Origin: Verrucomicrobiia bacterium
GTDB taxonomy: Bacteria; Verrucomicrobiota; Verrucomicrobiia; Limisphaerales; UBA1319
Length of the DNA stretch: 64,000 nt
Assembly: GCA_963664225.1 (NCBI GenBank)
Contig: OY760937.1
Location: 3,424,001 to 3,488,000 of the forward strand
Reading direction: 5' to 3'
Shown: piece after piece, positions 40,923-49,703 of the stretch
Layout: each line of letters begins with the position of its first letter
Numbering within the stretch: the stretch's first letter is position 1
Translations under genes and position numbers: made by a program
Notes under the pieces: generated by a model
Database searches by the model: none
What the model was told of the DNA's origin: nothing
What the model saw: only the letters and a program-made list of their open reading frames with translations

Positions 40923-41782
40923 AAGCACTTATGCAAAACCGGCGTCAGGCATTGCAGGCCATGGGAAAGGCCATCGGCGGCTTTTGCACCTTAATGGTGT
41001 TCCAGCCTGCGCAGGCCGCGTTCGCCCAGTTATTGGGTTTGGCAACGCCGTCGCCCGATAAAACGAATTCCGCGGCAGGCTCGGACAAATCCAAGCCCAC
41101 CGCCAAATACGATCCGGCCGCCCACTATTATACGATGGTGATCGATGTCGATAAATGCATCGGCTGCGGTTTATGCGCCAGCGCCTGCAAGCAGGAAAAC
41201 AAGGTCATCGCCGAGCCGTTCTACTTTCGCACCTGGATCGAACGCTACATCATCAAAAAACCCGGTCCGGGCGCCTCCGAGGCACGAGGTGAAACGCTGG
41301 TGGACTCTCCGAATGGCGGCATCGACGGTTTTCCACAGCCAAAGGTCCCCAAGGACGACATCCTCAAATCGTTTTTTGTGCCCAAGTTATGCAATCACTG
41401 CAACGATTCGCCCTGCATCCAGGCCTGCCCCGTGGGCGCGACTTTCGAATCCCCGGATGGCGTGGTGCTGGTCGATCCCAAATACTGCATCGGTTGCGGC
41501 TTTTGCATTCAAGCCTGCCCTTACGGCTGCCGTTTTCTGAATCCGATCACCCGCACCGCCGAAAAATGCACCTTTTGTTACCATCGACTGACCCAGGGCT
41601 TGAGGCCGGCCTGTGTTGAAGTATGCCCCACAGGCGCGCGCCTGTTCGGCGACATGAAGGATCCCGCCAGCGCCGAACCCGTACGGCGTTTTGTGCAGGA
41701 GAACAAGGTTCAGGTGTTGAAACCCCATCTGGGAACACATCCCAAATTGCTCTATGCCGGGCTGGACAAGGAGGTCCGATAG
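40919..41782 (+). CDS. Tat-exported 4Fe-4S protein (NrfC/PsrB/TtrB/DsrO family)
   Basis: NRRQAL signal; CIGCGLCASAC, CNHCNDSPCIQACP, CIGCGFCIQACP, CTFC..CVEVCP. Confidence 0.92.
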   Translation: MKALMQNRRQALQAMGKAIGGFCTLMVFQPAQAAFAQLLGLATPSPDKTNSAAGSDKSKPTAKYDPAAHYYTMVIDVDKCIGCGLCASACKQENKVIAEPFYFRTWIERYIIKKPGPGASEARGETLVDSPNGGIDGFPQPKVPKDDILKSFFVPKLCNHCNDSPCIQACPVGATFESPDGVVLVDPKYCIGCGFCIQACPYGCRFLNPITRTAEKCTFCYHRLTQGLRPACVEVCPTGARLFGDMKDPASAEPVRRFVQENKVQVLKPHLGTHPKLLYAGLDKEVR

Positions 41783-41783
41783 T

Positions 41784-42992
41784 ATGTCCCCCAGCTTGAT
41801 ACAATCCCTGTCCGAAGCCCTCAAGCAGGTCCAGGGATACATCTATCCCAATGACGTCACCCTGCTGTGGAGTATCGTCATCGTCGTTTATCCCTACATC
41901 ACGGGATTGGTCGCCGGCGCGTTCATCCTCGCCTCGCTGGTGCGGGTGTTCAAGGTGCATGCGCTGGAGCCCATCTACCGCCTCTCGTTGTTGACGGCCC
42001 TGGCGTTTCTGTTGATCGCACCCTTGCCGCTGCTGGTTCACCTGGGCCATCCGGAACGCTCCTATGAAGTGATGATCACGCCTCATGTGACTTCGCCCAT
42101 GGCCATATTTGGATTCGTCTATGCCTGGTATCTGATGGCCGTGCTCCTGCTCGAACTCTGGTTCGATTACCGGCGTGACTTTGTCGAATGGTCGAAAACC
42201 TCAACCGGACTGAAACGCCTCCTCTACCAGGTTTTGACTTTGGGGGTGTTTGACGTGTCTGAAAAAGCGTTGAGGCTGGATGATCGCATGGGCAAAGCCA
42301 TTACAATCGTCGGCATCCCCTCGGCCTTTTTACTCCACGGCTACGTTGGTTTCATCTTTGGATCGGTCAAGGCCAACCCATGGTGGGGGACTGTTTTGAT
42401 GCCGGTCATCTTCATCTTTTCAGCCATGGTCTCCGGCATTGCCCTGCTGGTGTTCCTCTATATCGCCATTTCAAAAATACGGAAAACCGTGGTGAACATG
42501 GCCTGTCTTGACGCCATCGCCATGTTTCTCTTTTACGCGCTGGTGATTGACGCCGCCTTTGAATCGCTCGATTGGATTCATCGCTTATATGAAGCCGAGG
42601 AATCCATCGATGTCCTGGTGCTGCTGGCCTCGGGAAAACTCTTTTACTCCTTCCTGCTGGTCCAGGTGTTTCTGGGCACGCTGGTGCCATTTGCCCTGTT
42701 GGGCACAATCCAGATCTTCAAGAACAAGTTTCGGGCCGGGACGCTCGAACGCATTTACCTTCTGAGCAGCCTGCTGGTGTTGGTGGGGGTGTTCGCCATG
42801 CGCTGGAATGTGGTCATAGGCGGACAATTATTCTCCAAGAGCCTGCGGGGCTTTACCACCTACAAGCTCGATCTCATCGGCCAGGAAAGCGCGATCACCG
42901 CGGGGGTGCTGATGCTCCTGCCCTTTGTGGTGCTTTGGATATTTACCGCGTTGTTTCTACCGCGAAACAAACCGCAGGCCGTGGCCGGTTAA
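41784..42992 (+). CDS. NrfD/PsrC family membrane quinol-interacting subunit
   Basis: W...IVVYPYITGLVAG, HLGHPER, TSPMA, RWNVVIGGQ; about 10 TM segments. Confidence 0.92.
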   Translation: MSPSLIQSLSEALKQVQGYIYPNDVTLLWSIVIVVYPYITGLVAGAFILASLVRVFKVHALEPIYRLSLLTALAFLLIAPLPLLVHLGHPERSYEVMITPHVTSPMAIFGFVYAWYLMAVLLLELWFDYRRDFVEWSKTSTGLKRLLYQVLTLGVFDVSEKALRLDDRMGKAITIVGIPSAFLLHGYVGFIFGSVKANPWWGTVLMPVIFIFSAMVSGIALLVFLYIAISKIRKTVVNMACLDAIAMFLFYALVIDAAFESLDWIHRLYEAEESIDVLVLLASGKLFYSFLLVQVFLGTLVPFALLGTIQIFKNKFRAGTLERIYLLSSLLVLVGVFAMRWNVVIGGQLFSKSLRGFTTYKLDLIGQESAITAGVLMLLPFVVLWIFTALFLPRNKPQAVAG

Positions 42993-43029
42993 GTCCGCAC
43001 TGGAACCTGGAATTCGCTCGCAGGGGCGA

Positions 43030-43473
43030 TCAATCCACCGGCTTGGGCAGGGTGCGCCACTGGGTGACCAGGCCGTTCACAAACGTGATCTCCGCGCGCA
43101 CATAATCCCGGGCCTGGTAATCGTGATCCAGATAGCGCTGAACCGAGGAGCGACCATCACCGTAGGTCACTTCGCGGTAGGTCCAATAATACTGCCCCTG
43201 CAAGGTGGTGTCCTGATACAGCCATGTGGTGGTGGCGCCCGCTGCGGTTTCGCTCTTGAGAATCTGGGAGGGCTTGCCCCAGGCCATATACACCGCGTCC
43301 TCGTTCATCCCCACCTTGATTTCGCCCTTGTCCACCAGGCTCTGCAGATTCGTCGGCAACGCCGCATAAGCCGCAGGACGTTCCTGCTTGCGCGATTCGA
43401 CCGTCTGCGTGGCGCATCCGGCCAGTCCAAGAATCCCCGCGAGTGCCCATAAACTCCAAAAACTCAATTTCAT
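43030..43473 (-). CDS. Lipoprotein (SmpA/OmlA-like motif)
   Basis: Lipobox LAGC; IKVGMNEDAVYMAWGKP; ITFVNGLV. Confidence 0.8.
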   Translation of the reverse strand: MKLSFWSLWALAGILGLAGCATQTVESRKQERPAAYAALPTNLQSLVDKGEIKVGMNEDAVYMAWGKPSQILKSETAAGATTTWLYQDTTLQGQYYWTYREVTYGDGRSSVQRYLDHDYQARDYVRAEITFVNGLVTQWRTLPKPVD

Positions 43474-43541
43474 CCCCTCAATGTAACAGATCATCCATCC
43501 ACAACGCCATGGGAATTCACTCTCTCGTCACAGTCAGGATG

Positions 43542-43601
43542 CAGAACAAAATTCTTCAGGAAATGGAAAAAGGCTTTAAAACGCCATAAAAGTATATAGG
43601 G
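43542..43601. repeat. 60-bp AT-rich dispersed repeat, copy 2
   Basis: 57/60 identity to 12640-12699. Confidence 0.9.
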
Positions 43602-43808
43602 AGATTTCCCCCGCTTAACCGCATGAAACGGACGCGCGATTCTTCTCTCCCGCCCTGCGAGGCACGAGCGGGGAGGGAGTTGGAGGGAGGGGTTTCATTA
43701 AGCGTCCTTCCTTTTTCACCGAAGATTTTTGTCATGCACCCCTCACGTCGCCACCGCTTCGCAATATTTTGACCCGAACACCGTTTAATGCTATTTTGGC
43801 AACGAAGA

Positions 43809-44102
43809 ATGCGGTCGCCTCTTACTGCAACGGTTGCTTTTGTCCTGAGCTGGGCCTACCTCTGGGTGGTCCTGGTGACCGGCTGTCTGCATCACCACGA
43901 AAGTGTGGGCGCGCAAAATCCCACGCACCAATGCGCCGCATGCGCCTGGCAGGCCAAGGCGATTTCAGATGCGCCCGTCATTCATCCTTTTCAGTTTCAG
44001 GCGGTTTCTGTGGAGATGCCCGAGCGTTGGGCGGCCATTGCCTGGTCCGCTTCAATTTCCAAAGTCACCGCGGCCCGGGGTCCGCCTTCGATTTTCGCAT
44101 AG
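43809..44102 (+). CDS. DUF2946/CruR-like leader protein (hydrophobic N-terminus, HHH, CxxC, C-terminal RGPP)
   Basis: ...CLHHHE...HQCAAC...ARGPPSIFA*; directly upstream of a metal-uptake operon. Confidence 0.8.
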   Translation: MRSPLTATVAFVLSWAYLWVVLVTGCLHHHESVGAQNPTHQCAACAWQAKAISDAPVIHPFQFQAVSVEMPERWAAIAWSASISKVTAARGPPSIFA

Positions 44103-44259
44103 TTTTTAAGGAGCGTTCGGCCCGCGAGAACCGGACATGTTAATCCGTGTTTGCGTCCGCATAAACGCAAGTGCGGATCGAGAAAAAAATGGAAAGCAAA
44201 AGCACGGGATGCAATAGCCTCCCTGCATGATTTGTTTCCGCGAAAATCGTTAAACCCAT

Positions 44260-45699
44260 ATGAAGTTCCACTATTTGACACTGCTGATTTGCGCGTCGGC
44301 CAGTGTGACCACAGTCCCCGCCGCACAGGTCGATCCCGCCGTTGTTCAGTCCTTGAAACAGGAATTGGAGGACTTGCGCCAGCGCACCCGCGCGATCGAG
44401 GAAAAAATAAACCAGCTCGAAGCCTCCACAGCCTCAACGAATCTTGCCAACACCAATCCCGCGCCCGCCGTTCTGACGCTTCCAGCAACCAATTCCCCGC
44501 CGACTCTCGCGGGCGGTGGCACGGTCGGAACCAATGCCGCGACGCTGAAAAAGCCCTGGTCCGCCTCGGACCCGATCACGGTCGTGCGCTCCGGCTCCTC
44601 CTATATGAACGTGAGCTTTGGTGTGGTGGGGAACGCCGGTTGGTCCACCGCGCCCGACGTGAGCAAGTCCCTGCAACTCGGCGACCACGATCCGATCCAG
44701 CGCGGCTTTTCCCTGCGCAACGCCGAGCTGGCCTTCGATGGCGCGGTGGATCCCTATTTCAAGGGGTTCGCGAATATTGCGCTCAAGCTCGATCAGAACA
44801 ACGGCACGGACATCGAGTTGGAGGAGGCTTACCTGCTCACCACCTCGCTCCCGGGTAATCTCCAATTAAAGGCGGGCCAGTTCAACGCCGAGTTTGGACG
44901 CCAGAACAGCCAGCATCCGCACCAATGGGCGTTCGTGGATCAGCCGCTTATCCTCAACCGCGCGTTCGGGCCGGACGGCATGCGCAATCCCGGCGCACGC
45001 CTCTCCTGGCTCGCGCCCACGCCCAATTACACCGAGCTTTTCCTGGGCGTGTTCAACGGGCAGGGCGGCACCGCATTCAGTTTTCGCGATCCCGATCTGG
45101 TGGCGACTCATGGGCGCACGCCACTGGAGCGCAACATCACCGGACCCGGCGATTTTCTCTACGTGCCCCGCGTCTCCAGCTCGTTTGAACTGACGCGCTC
45201 GCAGACCCTCGTGGTCGGCGCGTCCGGCGCGTTTGGGCCGAACGATTCCGGCCCCAATTCGCGCACGGAGGTTTACGGCGTGGACACTTATTGGAAATGG
45301 AAACCGTCCAACGCGGGCGGCGGTTTCCCATTCGTGGGCTGGCAGAACGAGGCGCTCTATCGCCGTTATGGCGCGGCGGCGGATCCCGTGGCCGGGCTCC
45401 CCGCCGAGACGCTGCACGACTGGGGATTTTATTCCCAACTGCTCTACGGCTTCCGCCAGGGCTGGGTGGCGGGCCTGCGCGGCGAATACGTGGCGGGAAA
45501 CACCGGCGCTTACGATCCCCTGGATGTTTATCGCGGCGAGCGCGAGCGCGTTTCGCCCAACATCACCTGGTATCCGAGTGAATTCTCGAAAATCCGGCTC
45601 CAATACAATTTGGATCACGGCCAATTGTTCGATTACGAGCACTCGGTCTGGTTGCAATTCGAATTCGGCCTGGGCGCTCACAGCGCGCACAAATTCTAA
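44260..45699 (+). CDS. Outer-membrane beta-barrel of a metal-uptake locus (porin / zinc-regulated receptor-like)
   Basis: Signal peptide, coiled coil, EL...GAVDPYF, EEAY, FGRQN.QHPH.W.FVDQP, PSEFS..RLQY, C-terminal GAHSAHKF. Confidence 0.82.
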   Translation: MKFHYLTLLICASASVTTVPAAQVDPAVVQSLKQELEDLRQRTRAIEEKINQLEASTASTNLANTNPAPAVLTLPATNSPPTLAGGGTVGTNAATLKKPWSASDPITVVRSGSSYMNVSFGVVGNAGWSTAPDVSKSLQLGDHDPIQRGFSLRNAELAFDGAVDPYFKGFANIALKLDQNNGTDIELEEAYLLTTSLPGNLQLKAGQFNAEFGRQNSQHPHQWAFVDQPLILNRAFGPDGMRNPGARLSWLAPTPNYTELFLGVFNGQGGTAFSFRDPDLVATHGRTPLERNITGPGDFLYVPRVSSSFELTRSQTLVVGASGAFGPNDSGPNSRTEVYGVDTYWKWKPSNAGGGFPFVGWQNEALYRRYGAAADPVAGLPAETLHDWGFYSQLLYGFRQGWVAGLRGEYVAGNTGAYDPLDVYRGERERVSPNITWYPSEFSKIRLQYNLDHGQLFDYEHSVWLQFEFGLGAHSAHKF

Positions 45700-45736
45700 A
45701 TCTTAACCCAACCCATTTCCCATTTTGAATCCCTTT

Positions 45737-46684
45737 ATGAAATCAATGTTTCGCACCTTGTTTTCCAGAGCGTCGGCAATTGGTGCCGCGCTGTTCCTGA
45801 TCCTTGGATTGCCGCTCATGGCGCAGGCCAAAATAAATGCCGTGTCCACCACACCTGATTTGGGTGCCATCGCCACGGTCATTGGCGGGAAATTCGTGGA
45901 GGTCACCTCGCTGGCCCGGCCCACGGAGGATCCGCATTTCGTGGATGCCAAACCCAGCTTCATTCTCAAGCTCAACCGCGCCGATGCCCTGATCGAGGGC
46001 GGCGCGGAGTTGGAGATCGGCTGGCTGCCCGCGCTGCTTGAGAACGCGCGCAATCCCAAAATCGAGGCCGGTGCGCCCGGACGCATCTCCTGCGTGGAGG
46101 GCGTGGATTTGATGGACGTGCCCGCCACGCTGGATCGCTCCAAGGGCGACATCCATGCCATGGGCAATCCGCATTACCTGACCGATCCCATCAACGCAAA
46201 AATCGCCGCCCAACACATCTGTGCCGGGTTTGTGGCGTTGGACGCGAAAAACGCGGAGTCCTATCGCGCCAGTCTTGCGAAATTCAACGCCCAAGCGGAC
46301 GAAAGCCTCGCGCGCTGGCAGAAAATTCTCGAGCCTTACCAGGGCACACGACTCGTGGCCTTTCATAATACCTGGCCGTATTTTGCCCGGCGGTTCCACT
46401 TGAGGATCGATCTCTTTCTGGAACCCAAACCGGGGATTCCTCCCACACCCGCGCACATGGCCGAGATCATCGACACCATGAAAAATGAACATCTCCGCGC
46501 CATCCTCGTGGAACCGTATCAGAACCGCAAAACCGCTGAAAAAGCCGCCACCGAAACGCACTCGATCATTCTGGATTTCACCCAGTACCCGGGCGGCGTT
46601 AAAGGCACCGATGGAGGCTACATCGAGCTGATGGATTACCTCGTGAACACCCTGGCGAAAACCCTCGCCGCACCCTCGAAATAG
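45737..46684 (+). CDS. Metal ABC transporter substrate-binding protein (ZnuA/TroA cluster)
   Basis: EDPHF, GDIH..GNPHY, FH..W.YF, EPKPGIPP. Confidence 0.92.
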   Translation: MKSMFRTLFSRASAIGAALFLILGLPLMAQAKINAVSTTPDLGAIATVIGGKFVEVTSLARPTEDPHFVDAKPSFILKLNRADALIEGGAELEIGWLPALLENARNPKIEAGAPGRISCVEGVDLMDVPATLDRSKGDIHAMGNPHYLTDPINAKIAAQHICAGFVALDAKNAESYRASLAKFNAQADESLARWQKILEPYQGTRLVAFHNTWPYFARRFHLRIDLFLEPKPGIPPTPAHMAEIIDTMKNEHLRAILVEPYQNRKTAEKAATETHSIILDFTQYPGGVKGTDGGYIELMDYLVNTLAKTLAAPSK

Positions 46685-46693
46685 CATCCTGCC

Positions 46694-47572
46694 ATGAGCG
46701 ATATCATTACTGTCATGCTGTGGCCGTTCCTGGCCTGCCTGTTACTGCCGTGGCTGCTCGTTTACTACGGACTGCACATCGTGAAGCGCGAAATCATCTT
46801 TGTCGATCTGGCCCTCGCCCAGGTCGCCGCAGTCGGTAATTGCATCGCCATCCTCATGGGCTACACCAACCACGACTGGCAAACCTATGCCTCGGCGGTG
46901 GGCTTCACCTTCGTGGGCTCGGTGATCTTCACGCTCACGCGCACACGCAGCCGCCGTGTGCCGCAGGAGGCGCTCATCGGCATCGTCTATGTGGTGGCGG
47001 CCGCCCTGGGCATTCTGCTCCTGAGCCGCAGCCCGGAAGGCAACGAGGAATTGCGTCGCACGCTCATCGGGGACGTTCTGCTCGTCACGCGCCCCGAGGT
47101 GTGGAAAACGCTCGCGCTTTTCGTGGTGATCGGCGTGTTGCACTTCATATTTCGCCGGCAATTCCTGGCCATCTCCTTCGATCCCAAAGGCGAACTGGCC
47201 CAGGGCAAGCGCGGTCCCTGGTGGGATTTCCTATTCTATGTCCTGTTCGGATTCGTGGTGACGAGCTTCCTGCAGATCGGCGGCGTGCTGCTCGTCTTCA
47301 CGTTCCTGATCATGCCCTCGGTGGCGGCCAATATGCTCTCCCGATCATTGCCCGTGCAAATGGGCATTGCCTGGCTCTTTGCCACCACGGGGAGCGTATG
47401 CGGTCTGGTCTTGTCCTACAAAATGGACTTCCCGGCCGGTGCGGCCATCGTGTGCATGCTGGGCGCGCTGTTGCTCTTGCTCGGCTTCGCCACCTGGTGC
47501 GTGCGCAGAAGGAGGAGTCCGCAGGTTGCACCGATCCCCGCAGAGAAAGAAACGCTGATAGACTCCAATTAA
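46694..47572 (+). CDS. Metal ABC transporter permease (ZnuB/ABC-3)
   Basis: GLHIVKREIIFVDLALAQVAA.G, EALIGIVY, GVLLVF.FLI.P, D.PAGAAIV. Confidence 0.92.
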   Translation: MSDIITVMLWPFLACLLLPWLLVYYGLHIVKREIIFVDLALAQVAAVGNCIAILMGYTNHDWQTYASAVGFTFVGSVIFTLTRTRSRRVPQEALIGIVYVVAAALGILLLSRSPEGNEELRRTLIGDVLLVTRPEVWKTLALFVVIGVLHFIFRRQFLAISFDPKGELAQGKRGPWWDFLFYVLFGFVVTSFLQIGGVLLVFTFLIMPSVAANMLSRSLPVQMGIAWLFATTGSVCGLVLSYKMDFPAGAAIVCMLGALLLLLGFATWCVRRRRSPQVAPIPAEKETLIDSN

Positions 47573-47748
47573 CGCGTATGTCCCGGCTGCCTGGAGGATG
47601 GGCGCTTGCGCAGGGGACTGGAGGCGATGAGCAGGCTGCGGTCGCGCAATTTTTCGAGAATCTCAAGTTTCCGGGCAAAAGGCAGCGCGGCGAGTTCCTT
47701 TCGGGCCGCCCGCTTGCTTTCCAACATTTTTTGCATCCAAAGATTCAT
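47569..47748 (-). CDS. Small basic helical protein
   Basis: MNLWMQKMLESKRAARKELAALPFARKLEILEKLRDR; ATGA overlap with the upstream fragment. Confidence 0.65.
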   Translation of the reverse strand: MNLWMQKMLESKRAARKELAALPFARKLEILEKLRDRSLLIASSPLRKRPSSRQPGHTR

Positions 47749-47915
47749 TCGCTTTCCTGCCGGTACTGTTGCACGAGGTTCTCCCATTTCGCAAGCAACC
47801 CGTGGTGCTTCAAAATAGGATCCAAACGATTGGCATCGAGCGCTCCGCTCTCAATGAATTGCCCGATTCGGATATTATCCTTTCTTCACCCAGTCCTCAG
47901 CGCGATGGCCGCGGT
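47745..47915 (-). pseudogene. C-terminal remnant of a nucleotidyltransferase-like gene
   Basis: AAIALRTG*RKDNIRIGQFIESGALDANRLDPILKHHGLLAKW...; in-frame TGA at 47886-47888; N-terminus absent. Confidence 0.55.
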
Positions 47916-47950
47916 CGCGCGATTGACCCAACAAGCATTTGTGCGGGCGC

Positions 47951-48436
47951 CTATGATTCGGGTATGGGCAATTTCGCGTTTGGATGTTCCGCGGCAAACG
48001 CCTTCAACCATTGTGCGTTTGAGTCCCACATTACTGACCCGTCCGTCATCAGAACGTTTATTCCGTAGCCATGGTGATTTCTCATCCGGCAATCATACAT
48101 CAATGGATATTGGACGGCAGTCGCGTCTGGGGCGTGTGGCGGCTTCGACCAATCCACATATATGTAGTCGCTCTGACTACTGGAATTGGAGTTTGTTTTG
48201 ACGCCGGGGCAGGCAAGCAGGCGACCCACCATCTTCTTGTCCAAAGATTCGAGAGTTTCCGGCCACTGATTGGTATGGTCCTGACGGTAAAGCCTGATTG
48301 CCGACCACAAGCTGCGCAACTGCTGCCTGCAATTCTGTCGCTCCGCCAATGAAGCAGCCTTTTCGCATGACGCAAAAAGTCCAATGACGACAAGTCCAAT
48401 CAGCGCGGCGGCAAAGATGTGTTTCGTTACATTCAA
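47951..48436 (-). CDS. Small pilin-like protein with H-X9-DG-type motif
   Basis: N-terminal TM, C..QL..L..AI.LY..D...WP, CP, HHGYGINVLMTDGSV. Confidence 0.75.
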   Translation of the reverse strand: MNVTKHIFAAALIGLVVIGLFASCEKAASLAERQNCRQQLRSLWSAIRLYRQDHTNQWPETLESLDKKMVGRLLACPGVKTNSNSSSQSDYIYVDWSKPPHAPDATAVQYPLMYDCRMRNHHGYGINVLMTDGSVMWDSNAQWLKAFAAEHPNAKLPIPES

Positions 48437-48454
48437 GGTTTTCCACGATTGGGC

Positions 48455-49567
48455 CTACCCCTCCTGGCGCAGCAATTCGAGCATGGCGCGGTCCAGTTTG
48501 TGGCCGTGGAAATCTTCGTAAATCACGCCCGGACGATCGCTGTCCACCACACCAAAGGGGCCCCGCAGGTTCCAGAGCGACCAGCCCCAGCCCGCTTCCT
48601 TCCAGAGCGACAGAAAATCCTTCATCCAGGCCATGGCCACCGCGTGCGGCGTGCGATTGAACGCGCCCCATTCGCCGACATGCACGCCCACGCCCAGTTT
48701 CTGCAACGCCTGCCACGGCTTGATCCGTTCCCGGCGCAGACGTTCCTTATCCACCACGTCCCCTTCCTTGAGCTTCAGCGGCCAGGTCGGCTCCTCCCAT
48801 TTATCGGAACCGCCGATCCAGTTGGCCTTGTAGTGGCTGATGCGCATCGGCTCATACCCGCGCGTGCTCTGGCCAATGCCCAGCGGCGCGAGACTGGTCA
48901 CCGGGCTCGTGCCCCACTTGAGGCCGTCGGCGATGATCAACCGGTTGGGGTCCTCGGCGCGAATCGCCTCCACGAGCCGCTTGACCACGCGCAGATAATC
49001 CGCCTCGGGATAATCCCCCGGCTCGTTCAACAGATCGAAGCTGACTTTTTGGCTCGGAATGCCTTTGTAGCGTTTGGCAAAATGCGCCCAATGATACGCG
49101 CTGGCCTCGAGGGCTTTCTCATCCTTCCACAGGCTCAGCGGTTCGGCGGGCGGATTCACGCAATAGCCGGGCGCGCGGTGGAAATTGATGTTCACATGGA
49201 TCTTGTATTGCTTGCCCCAGTCCACGACCTGGTCAATCTCCTTGAGCACGCTCTCCTTGATCTCCAGCCATTTCGCGGGGTCCGCATCGGCCCAGCAACG
49301 GTAGGACAACGGCAGCCGCACAAAATCGAATCCCCACTCCGCCATCCACGCAAAATCCGACTCCACAAACGGGTGCTGATACTCGCCATTGAATTTCTCG
49401 AGCAGATTGAAACCCCGCCACCGTGGCAAATGGGCCGCGCTCACGACCTCATCGGCCGCCGCCATGGAGTTAAGCGTTCCAAGTGTTCCCAATGTGCCCG
49501 CCGCAATGGCCGCCGCGCTGGTGGTTCCAATAAAATGCCTCCGGCTGATCTGGTGTTGTTGATTCAT
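48455..49567 (-). CDS. Glycoside hydrolase family 5, Tat-exported
   Basis: SRRHFI Tat motif; RGFNL, GFDFVRLP, LLNEP, VGEWG, GWSLWN. Confidence 0.92.
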   Translation of the reverse strand: MNQQHQISRRHFIGTTSAAAIAAGTLGTLGTLNSMAAADEVVSAAHLPRWRGFNLLEKFNGEYQHPFVESDFAWMAEWGFDFVRLPLSYRCWADADPAKWLEIKESVLKEIDQVVDWGKQYKIHVNINFHRAPGYCVNPPAEPLSLWKDEKALEASAYHWAHFAKRYKGIPSQKVSFDLLNEPGDYPEADYLRVVKRLVEAIRAEDPNRLIIADGLKWGTSPVTSLAPLGIGQSTRGYEPMRISHYKANWIGGSDKWEEPTWPLKLKEGDVVDKERLRRERIKPWQALQKLGVGVHVGEWGAFNRTPHAVAMAWMKDFLSLWKEAGWGWSLWNLRGPFGVVDSDRPGVIYEDFHGHKLDRAMLELLRQEG

Positions 49568-49615
49568 GACGCCATGACGCCCGGAAATCGGGAAATGATC
49601 AATCTATTTTGGACC

Positions 49616-49662
49616 AAAAAAGTCAGGGGTCTGCCACCGGTTTTCGCCGGCAACAGACCCCT
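49616..49662 (-). terminator. Intrinsic terminator after purB
   Basis: AGGGGTCTG...CAGACCCCT stem followed by a T-run on the minus strand. Confidence 0.65.
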
Positions 49663-49703
49663 TCGTCGCCTTCAACAGGCAGACTTTAAACTTCCCGCCC
49701 CTG

